Shown: positions 28,507-35,537 of the stretch, piece by piece | Numbering within the stretch: the stretch's first letter is position 1 | Layout of the letters: each line of letters opens with the position of its first letter | NCBI GenBank assembly: GCA_020351995.1 | Contig: CP070674.1 | Span: 1,064,467 to 1,128,466 of the forward strand | DNA: 64,000 nucleotides | Source: Candidatus Zixiibacteriota bacterium | Lineage (GTDB): Bacteria; Zixibacteria; MSB-5A5; GN15; FEB-12 | Direction: 5' to 3' | The notes under the pieces: generated by a model | Told to the model about the DNA's origin: nothing | The model's database searches: none | The model's input: the letters and a program-made list of their open reading frames with translations, nothing else | Made by a program: the position numbers and the translations under genes

Positions 28507-29243
28507 TGCAACTACCAAATGCCCTGTATTCACCTTATGGCGCTTACGAGTTGAAAGCCAGGTACCAGCGTAACTTCGGGCTCGGTACGATTATTACGCT
28601 CGCCTTTGTGCTGCTGATACTGCTCGTAGTCTGGGTCATTACCGCTCTCGGCGAGGAAGATCTGGAGGCTATCGATCTGAGCTCACGTGTAATTAAGACC
28701 GTGGCCGATCTGGGCCCGCCGCCCAGCGTGCAAAAGAGACCGCCCCAGGTAAACGTTAATCAGCCCCAGGTGGCCGCCCCCAAGGTCGGTATTCCCAAAC
28801 CGGTTGCCGATGACGAGGTCATCGATGAGGACGTCGTCCTGGCAACCAGGGACGAGCTGGCCGAAATTGTAGCCCCCGATATTACCGCCGCCTCCGATGG
28901 CGAAGGTGACATCGTGGTCGACATTGCTGACGACGATTATCTGCCGGCTCCGGATGAGTTTTACCCGGTGGAAATCTACCCTGAAATGATTCACCAGACG
29001 ACTCCCGAATATCCCCGTCTGGCCCGCCAGGCGGGCATAACCGGCATCGTTTGGGTTCGGGCCCTGGTTGATAAGGAAGGTAACGTGCGCAAAGCGATGG
29101 TGCACAAAACTTCGGGAACCAAGTCCCTTGATGAGGCGGCTGTTGCCGCGGCCTATGACAACAAGTTCAAGCCCGGAATTCAGAATGGACGCCCTGTCAA
29201 CTGCTGGGTAAGCTACAAGGTAACGTTCGAGCTGGACAATTAA
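28506..29243 (+). CDS. tonB: TonB family energy transducer (copy 1)
   Basis: 245 aa with an N-terminal TM and a Pro-rich spacer. TonB C-terminal domain (YPRLARQAGITGIVWVRALVDKEGNV...KFKPG). Its start overlaps the exbD2 stop (TAATG). Confidence 0.85.
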   Translation: MQLPNALYSPYGAYELKARYQRNFGLGTIITLAFVLLILLVVWVITALGEEDLEAIDLSSRVIKTVADLGPPPSVQKRPPQVNVNQPQVAAPKVGIPKPVADDEVIDEDVVLATRDELAEIVAPDITAASDGEGDIVVDIADDDYLPAPDEFYPVEIYPEMIHQTTPEYPRLARQAGITGIVWVRALVDKEGNVRKAMVHKTSGTKSLDEAAVAAAYDNKFKPGIQNGRPVNCWVSYKVTFELDN

Positions 29244-29275
29244 ACGCCACGCCCGCCGGGCAAATGAGAATTCAG

Positions 29276-29310
29276 GCACCCGAGCCTCATCAGAGTCGGG
29301 TGCTTTTTTT
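29276..29310 (+). terminator. Rho-independent terminator
   Basis: Stem GCACCCGA / TCGGGTGC with a 12-nt loop, followed by TTTTTTT. Confidence 0.8.
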
Positions 29311-29464
29311 ATGCCCGCAAATTATTTCAGGCAAACTCCGGGAAGATTCCTCTCTCCGATTTGTATCTACTTCAGAGATAAATATCCCTTAACGGCGACC
29401 GGAGGCTACAAATTGAACAGGGCAACTTCGACAGGCGTCTAATATATAGAGAGGAGGGATAGTC

Positions 29465-29977
29465 ATGATTGGGGGAAACCCGAACTCCGCGGGCAGCGCC
29501 AATAAACGAAAAGCATCGATCACCAAACGCCGGGCTAATATTCGCCTGGATATGACGCCTATGGTCGATATTGCTTTCCTGCTTCTAATCTTCTACATGG
29601 CTACAACACAGTTCAAACCACCGGATGCCCGGGCGGTCACCCTGCCGGGATCAAAATCACACATCGACGTGCCGGCTAAGGACATAATCACTATTACTGT
29701 CACCAGCGCCGACTCCGTATTTGTTGACTTTGTTGAACTGTCGACGTCAGGTGAACTTGAAAGCTTCGTGACTCGCCGCACCACTGCCGTGAATCTCGAT
29801 TATTTCAGAAAGCAACTGCTGCTCGCGCGATCGATCAACCCAAACGCGTATATCGTTTTCAAGGCCGATCGACAGGCCAGCTTCGGAGTCATGCAGGATA
29901 TCATGAAGATTCTTCAAAATATGGAATGCGCCCGGTTTCTGATCGCCACCGATCTCGAACCGGCACCTGAAAATTAA
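29465..29977 (+). CDS. exbD: ExbD/TolR biopolymer transport protein (copy 3)
   Basis: 170 aa. Shares the identical 25-aa block DMTPMVDIAFLLLIFYMATTQFKPP with copy 1, plus ASFGVMQDIM. SD GAGGAGGG. Confidence 0.88.
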   Translation: MIGGNPNSAGSANKRKASITKRRANIRLDMTPMVDIAFLLLIFYMATTQFKPPDARAVTLPGSKSHIDVPAKDIITITVTSADSVFVDFVELSTSGELESFVTRRTTAVNLDYFRKQLLLARSINPNAYIVFKADRQASFGVMQDIMKILQNMECARFLIATDLEPAPEN

Positions 29978-30073
29978 CACCTTGAATCTATCGTGACCGG
30001 ACATGAAATAGAAAGGCTCAAGTGAGATTTACAAACAACTGGAAAAAACCCACTGAAGGGAGGTGAAGAACAC

Positions 30074-30805
30074 ATGACTATGCAGACATACATGCCGTAC
30101 GGAGCATATGAACTCAAAGCCCGGTATCAATTGAATCTGATGCTGGCGATGCTGATTACCATCTCTACTGTCGGAATACTCCTGTTGACGGCTTACGTCG
30201 CGTCGCTGTTCGGGGCAGACGATATCCTGGTCCCACCCCCCAAGCCGGAGATCGTCAAACCATGGGATATTCCGCCGCCGCCACTGGTAATCCCGCAGAC
30301 GCCCGACATCTCGACCGAGGCCGCAGCGCCTGTAAAACCAAGATACTTTATACCGAATCCCGTTGTCGATGAAGAGGTAATCGATGACAACGTGATTCTG
30401 GCGACAATAGAAGAGCGCAAAGATATCGTGTCGAATCCGTTGGGCGAATTGACGGGGGATGGCCGGGGTATAATTGTCGACACTCACGATATCGGAGGGT
30501 ACATACCTCCCATTTACGAGTTTGTGGCCATGGAAATCTACCCCGAAATGATCTATCGTCACGTACCCGAGTATCCGCGACTTGCCGAACTGGCCGGGAT
30601 TACCGGCGTGGTTCACGTACGCGTGCTGGTGGATGAAAATGGTAACGTAATCGACGCCAGGGTGCAGAAGACTTCCCACACCACGTCTCTCGACGAAGCC
30701 GCGGTCGAGGCAGCGTACAAAAACAAATTCAAACCCGGAATTCAAAACGGTATTGCGGTAAAATGCTGGGTTAGCTATCGCGTCGCCTTCGAACTCGATG
30801 ATTGA
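30074..30805 (+). CDS. tonB: TonB family energy transducer (copy 2)
   Basis: 243 aa, paralogous to copy 1 (YGAYELKARYQ, EIYPEMI, EYPRLA..AGITG, SLDEAAV.AAY.NKFKPGIQNG). Confidence 0.85.
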   Translation: MTMQTYMPYGAYELKARYQLNLMLAMLITISTVGILLLTAYVASLFGADDILVPPPKPEIVKPWDIPPPPLVIPQTPDISTEAAAPVKPRYFIPNPVVDEEVIDDNVILATIEERKDIVSNPLGELTGDGRGIIVDTHDIGGYIPPIYEFVAMEIYPEMIYRHVPEYPRLAELAGITGVVHVRVLVDENGNVIDARVQKTSHTTSLDEAAVEAAYKNKFKPGIQNGIAVKCWVSYRVAFELDD

Positions 30806-30834
30806 TCGCTGAAATCGGTCGGTGAGTATATAAA

Positions 30835-30864
30835 GAGGCCTGGTACGGTAACGTATCAGGCCTC
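30835..30864 (+). terminator. Hairpin / weak terminator after tonB2
   Basis: 8-bp stem GAGGCCTG / CAGGCCTC with a 14-nt loop; a T-run follows only after 8 nt. A second 9-bp hairpin GAGGGCGGG / CCCGCCCTC lies at 30917-30944. Confidence 0.4.
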
Positions 30865-31195
30865 CTATGCTGCTTTTGGTGTACCACAGCACCGCCCTGG
30901 CGGGCTAGGGTGAAGGGAGGGCGGGGTGAGAGCGTCCCGCCCTCTATTCGGGCCTTTTGGAGGTGGTATAGGCCTCTAATGTTTCATACTTACGCGATAG
31001 ACTGACATAATAATCTATTGCGTAGAGCGTACAATCGAGAGACGCCCCCCTCTGACCTCTGTTGAAATAGGCCGCGCAAAAGCAATAATTGCTCGCTGCA
31101 AGCGTAGAAATTGCCTCAACCGCTTCTTCAGCCACACCCCGCCCAAATATATCTGCTTTAATATCAGTCGCTTATAAATTTTCTGTGATTTTCGC

Positions 31196-31224
31196 TTGAC
31201 AACTGCACAAATGTGCAGTATTTT
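31196..31224 (+). promoter_or_regulatory. Consensus promoter with an embedded 18-bp palindromic operator (LexA/SOS-box-like)
   Basis: TTGACA (31196-31201), 17-nt spacer, TATTTT (31219-31224). Positions 31202-31219 read ACTGCACAAATGTGCAGT, with perfect 8-bp arms. Confidence 0.55.
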
Positions 31225-31262
31225 GGTTTTGCCTTTGTAGCATGCCAATAAGGAGCAGAATC

Positions 31263-31475
31263 ATGGCCTGGAATAATATCAACAGCCAGACTCTTTCAGC
31301 GGAACTCATCGAGGACTATCACCATCCCGTCGGAGCCTTTGTCGAAGAAACCGGCAACAACGAGTCTTACACCTACCTGAACGCGGCTACCTGCCCCGAT
31401 TGCGGGGCCGGTATGGTTCGACTGGGGGGTTGCTTTACTTGTATGTCGTGTGGCTTCGCCAGCTGCGGCGGTTGA
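31263..31475 (+). CDS. Small six-Cys zinc-ribbon protein
   Basis: 70 aa from the ATG at 31263; the SD TAAGGAG lies 7 nt upstream and would fall inside the coding region if the tracked 31242 start were used. C-terminus CPDCGAGMVRLGGCFTCMSCGFASCGG. Confidence 0.6.
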   Translation: MAWNNINSQTLSAELIEDYHHPVGAFVEETGNNESYTYLNAATCPDCGAGMVRLGGCFTCMSCGFASCGG

Positions 31476-31521
31476 CTGTAATCGCGGCACAGATCTGTGT
31501 CAAATAGGGGAAGGATTCAAA

Positions 31522-34221
31522 ATGCGTTTGAGTGAACTGGAAAAATGGGGGATACCATCCCGCGTTATTCAACTATGGCGGGAACGACAGGGTGAAACTC
31601 TCCTGCCCATACAGGACCGGGCCGTGCGCCGGAACCTGTTGGGGAAACCGATGCAGGGACAGGAGCATACCTCGGTACGAATGGTTATATCCGCGCCAAC
31701 CTCTTCAGGAAAATCTTTCTGCGCGGAGATGGCCGCCGTCAGGGCTCTCACGAGCCGTGAGAAAACCGTCATGCTTTTTCCGCTAAAATCCCTGGCCGAG
31801 CAAAATTACAGCCTGTTCAATCAAACCTACGGACACCTCGGCGTCAGGTGCCTTATTGTTACCGGTGATCACCCGGAAAATGATGACGCCTTCGCCCGGG
31901 GCCATTTCCAGATCGCCGTGGCCATCTATGAAAAATTCGACTCACTGCTTACAACCTCGCTGGACGCTCTTAAGAACATTGGCCTGATCGTTGTTGATGA
32001 AATCCAGACTATCGGCGAACCGAGAAGAGGAGCCGTTCTGGAACGCTTGCTCACAAAGGTACGAGCGTCCGAATACCAACCTGGCATAATCGGCCTGTCA
32101 GCGGTTATTGGCGATGAAGCCGGATCAGCGGGAAAGCTGGCCCAATGGCTGGGAGCTACCCTGGTCGAAGAGTGCAGCCGTCCCGTCGAGCTTATGAGGG
32201 GAGTGGCTACCGAAGGGACTTATTACTATCGCACCTTCAATAATGGTTTCGATGGAAACGAACCGTTCGCCGATTCGGACCACACCGAAACCTCGTTCGA
32301 CAAATTCATCAAGCAGATAAAGGACACCGAAAATTCCACCTTGATCTTCCTCAAATCCCGCATGGATACCGTCGACGCCGCCTTCAAACTGGCTGCTTCG
32401 GTCAAATGGCCCGAGGCCAAGAAAGCCCTGTCTGAACTCGAGGGAGAGGAGCCCTCGTTTCTTATCCGCTCGCTGCGGCAGGCCCTCAGCCGGGGTGTGG
32501 CTTTTCACAATTCTGACCTGTCCCCAGAGCAACGATTGATTGTTGAGCAAGCCTTTCTCGAAAAAGAGATTAAAGCTCTTTTCTCAACTACTACTTTAGC
32601 TATGGGAGTCAACCTTTCGGCCGATACAGTCTACCTCGAAACAGTCAAATACACTTCTGGAAAGTACGATCGAAGGCCGTCGCTCGAGCCGGTGAGCCGC
32701 TCCGAGTTTGAGAACATGTCCGGCCGCGCCGGACGGCTCACTGGTGACAGGGAAACCTGCCCGGCCGGGCGAGCCATCATTCTGGCCGAAAATAAATTTG
32801 ACAGAGACATACTGTGGGATACCTATATCGCCGGCATCAACACTAAGCCGCTTAAATCCGCCTTCAAGAGTATGCCTCTCGAAGATTGGCTGCTGGATAT
32901 CATAGTCAGTGGCCTTGCTTCCAATAGCGACAGTATTGAAAGTGTCTATGCTCACTCGTTCCGATACCACCTTAATCAAGATGGACTATCCGATGACGTC
33001 ACCGCTGCTCTACAGAGGTTGACCGCTGACGGATTCATCGAGAATAGCCCCGAAGTTAAACCCACTGTATTCGGTTTGGCCACGACCAGAACCGGTCTTT
33101 CCGTGAAGCAGGCGACACACTACCGGAATCAACTGCGGCAGGGTTACCCAAACAACTCCGTTGCATGGGTCGCCTTGGCGCTTAGCGGACCTGATTGGGA
33201 TACTCCCCCCGCCATGTTGAGCCGCCTTGAACAGACCCGCAACACTCCGCTGAGAATGCTCTATCAATGCTATCACCACTTGCTTGACGAGGCCGCTCTG
33301 TTGATTGGAAGAGGGGGAGACCGGAAACCTCTGGCATACCGCCAGACCGCTTCGCTTAAAGCTCTGTTCCTGCTTGAACGCTGGCGGAATCTGGTACCGG
33401 TTCAGCAACTGGAAGAAACTTTTCAAATGCACCTGGGCCAGATCATGCATCTCGGGGAAACTGTCGGCCATCTGGTAGCGGCCATTGCCGAACTAATACA
33501 GTCGAGCGAAGCATCATCGAGCCTTCCGTCGGAACTCAGACAACTGGCCTTCAGCCTCAGGCACGGCATACCAGCGGACCTCAAACCGATACACGACTAT
33601 CTGGGCGAACTGCTCAGCCGCCACGACTTCGCTGCCCTGCACCGAGCCGGTATCTGCTCTCTTCGACAGTTCTGTGAGTTGGATAGTGATGGCCTGTTGG
33701 CGGTATTTCGTGATACTACTAAGTTGAAGAAAATAAATGAGAAACAAGAACAACTTAAAGAGGAGCTTGATATGCAAACCAGATGGACGGTGGCGGAAAA
33801 CCACCATGAAGCAATCAGAACGTCAACTCTTGGCTCGTTGGAGTCAATCGAGGTCGACGGCAGCTATGAAAAGGAGAGATACCTTGTCAGAATCAACGGT
33901 TTCCCGGTTCGCTTGACCGGCAAGTCGTTCAAGTATTTCACCAAGCTGGCCTGGTCGAGGCTCAACCGCGACTCGGGCTGGATTTACAAAGAGGATATCG
34001 AGATCGGTTTCAATCAGGCCCGGTATCTTTACCGCATGAAGGGGGAGATCAACGCCAGTCTGAATATGTCCTGGCCGGTGGTTGAGAACAATCGGCTGGG
34101 TTATTACCGGCTCGATGTTGACCCGTCTAAGATACGCCTGAATGAAAGCAACCTGCGAAACCACCCCGATTACGAAGTCCGGTCGATGTTCTTGAATAAA
34201 ACGGCCGAACCCGTCAACTAG
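31522..34221 (+). CDS. Ski2/Hel308-like superfamily-2 DNA helicase with extra C-terminal winged-helix-like domain
   Basis: 899 aa from the ATG at 31522 (SD GGAAGGA). Q-motif LLPIQ, motif I APTSSGKS (31693-31716), motif II DEIQ (31996-32007), STTTLAMGVNL and MSGRAGR. The tail at 33841-34218 resembles an OmpR/PhoB-type wHTH. Confidence 0.8.
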   Translation: MRLSELEKWGIPSRVIQLWRERQGETLLPIQDRAVRRNLLGKPMQGQEHTSVRMVISAPTSSGKSFCAEMAAVRALTSREKTVMLFPLKSLAEQNYSLFNQTYGHLGVRCLIVTGDHPENDDAFARGHFQIAVAIYEKFDSLLTTSLDALKNIGLIVVDEIQTIGEPRRGAVLERLLTKVRASEYQPGIIGLSAVIGDEAGSAGKLAQWLGATLVEECSRPVELMRGVATEGTYYYRTFNNGFDGNEPFADSDHTETSFDKFIKQIKDTENSTLIFLKSRMDTVDAAFKLAASVKWPEAKKALSELEGEEPSFLIRSLRQALSRGVAFHNSDLSPEQRLIVEQAFLEKEIKALFSTTTLAMGVNLSADTVYLETVKYTSGKYDRRPSLEPVSRSEFENMSGRAGRLTGDRETCPAGRAIILAENKFDRDILWDTYIAGINTKPLKSAFKSMPLEDWLLDIIVSGLASNSDSIESVYAHSFRYHLNQDGLSDDVTAALQRLTADGFIENSPEVKPTVFGLATTRTGLSVKQATHYRNQLRQGYPNNSVAWVALALSGPDWDTPPAMLSRLEQTRNTPLRMLYQCYHHLLDEAALLIGRGGDRKPLAYRQTASLKALFLLERWRNLVPVQQLEETFQMHLGQIMHLGETVGHLVAAIAELIQSSEASSSLPSELRQLAFSLRHGIPADLKPIHDYLGELLSRHDFAALHRAGICSLRQFCELDSDGLLAVFRDTTKLKKINEKQEQLKEELDMQTRWTVAENHHEAIRTSTLGSLESIEVDGSYEKERYLVRINGFPVRLTGKSFKYFTKLAWSRLNRDSGWIYKEDIEIGFNQARYLYRMKGEINASLNMSWPVVENNRLGYYRLDVDPSKIRLNESNLRNHPDYEVRSMFLNKTAEPVN

Positions 34222-34248
34222 GCTTACAGGCTCGGTAGTTTTCCGTAG

Positions 34249-34291
34249 GGCAGAACCCGGTAGTGGTTCTGCCGAAAAGTCTTTTCTTTTT
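34249..34291 (+). terminator. Rho-independent terminator after the helicase
   Basis: 9-bp stem GGCAGAACC / GGTTCTGCC with a 7-nt loop and a T-rich tail. A second hairpin GGCAGGAG / CTCCTGCC lies at 34300-34325. Confidence 0.7.
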
Positions 34292-34513
34292 GACTGTAAG
34301 GCAGGAGCCGTCTTCGACTCCTGCCACACAACTTGACAAACCCCGCTGTATCTGCGTCATTCAATTAGGGGCTGATAAGTGGGAGGACATGTATGCACCT
34401 GCAAAGAATCTGTTTTCTAGTCCTGATGACGGTCTCGCATAGTAAAGATTCCGGGAACAGATTATCTGTAAGGCAGACCTACGAAGACTGATACCATAGG
34501 AGGAATCACATTG

Positions 34514-35287
34514 ATGAAGTACGTCCTATACTTCTCACTGGGTTTGTGGGTATTATCGTTCTGTTCATACGCGGAGGCACAGGGTCCAGCGGGCGATGGA
34601 CAATCGCACACCGTTGAGGACGCTGGTCAGGCAGTTAATTTGGCACTACTGTACACTGGTCTTGACGAGTATGAAAACTTGCTATTTCCACCTGCGGATG
34701 AGATAACTGAGCGGACAACCGTTCGAGCATTTATTCTAACTGATCTGGCCGACAGTGTGAACGGTAGAGACGTTTGGCAGGTATCGTTTAACAACCTGCG
34801 CTTGAGCACCGACGGCATTGTAATTCAGGATTCTGAAGATGCCTTCGACGTCGATGTGACAATTGACTGTGCTACTGGAGCCCTTATTCAGATCCGATCA
34901 AAGAACCGGGTGGCTGGCAAGTTACCCCGGGCTGTTATCGAACAGTTCGACGAGGAAGCCAGACGCAACTCAGCGTTCCGCCAAACCTTTCACGGATTTC
35001 CAGATCAGAAACCCAAGATCTCTCTTCTAGAGGCAATGACTCTGACAATATGCGGCACGTTTCGTGACCATCTGGTTTTAGCGTATTATGTATTGGAATC
35101 TCATACGTTTAGGGGAAGACACCCCGTCACTCCAGTATGGGCAATTCAGTGTATGAGCGCAGATACGATCGTCCATGAAGAGCAAAACTCGGGAGCGCGG
35201 ACAAAGCTACGGGGGAGCCGAAGCGTGATTGACGCCCTTAAGGGTGAAGTTCTACTGGACTTATGGTGGCATGATGGCTCCAATTGA
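34514..35287 (+). CDS. Hypothetical secreted protein
   Basis: About 257 aa. The SD AGGAGGA precedes the ATG at 34514. Signal peptide LGLWVLSFCSYAEAQ. I see no recognisable motifs. Confidence 0.55.
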   Translation: MKYVLYFSLGLWVLSFCSYAEAQGPAGDGQSHTVEDAGQAVNLALLYTGLDEYENLLFPPADEITERTTVRAFILTDLADSVNGRDVWQVSFNNLRLSTDGIVIQDSEDAFDVDVTIDCATGALIQIRSKNRVAGKLPRAVIEQFDEEARRNSAFRQTFHGFPDQKPKISLLEAMTLTICGTFRDHLVLAYYVLESHTFRGRHPVTPVWAIQCMSADTIVHEEQNSGARTKLRGSRSVIDALKGEVLLDLWWHDGSN

Positions 35288-35325
35288 GTGATGTAAAGAG
35301 ATTCCTATCTTGTGGAGGCTGGTGC

Positions 35326-35347
35326 CCCACCCTCTGGGTGGGTTTGT
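35326..35347 (+). terminator. Short terminator hairpin
   Basis: CCCACCC tct GGGTGGG followed by TTTGT. Confidence 0.45.
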
Positions 35348-35537
35348 AAGGCTCCTTTCTACTGGGCACAAATGGGCCAAAACTCCAGTATAACTTATAG
35401 AAGCGCCTTGCGGCGGACCCGGTAATTCGCGGCCCCTGAGCATCGGCGAAAATAAAATTTGACAACAACTTAGAAAAACAATTGCTTGCGTTCAGGGAAT
35501 CCGTAAACAGCCGATTAATATGTAAAACGGTGCCCAT

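Noticed and set aside
29465-30805. Whether the second exbD-tonB pair is an assembly duplication.
   Set aside because: Nucleotide identity is low even where the proteins are identical, with many synonymous differences. The linkers also differ. These are genuine paralogs.
31450-31521. An extended helicase start at 31450 that overlaps the zinc-ribbon gene, and a 31242 start for the zinc-ribbon gene.
   Set aside because: The ATG at 31522 is preceded by GGAAGGA and begins the conserved N-terminus. The ATG at 31263 is preceded by TAAGGAG at ideal spacing, and that SD would be inside the coding region if 31242 were used.
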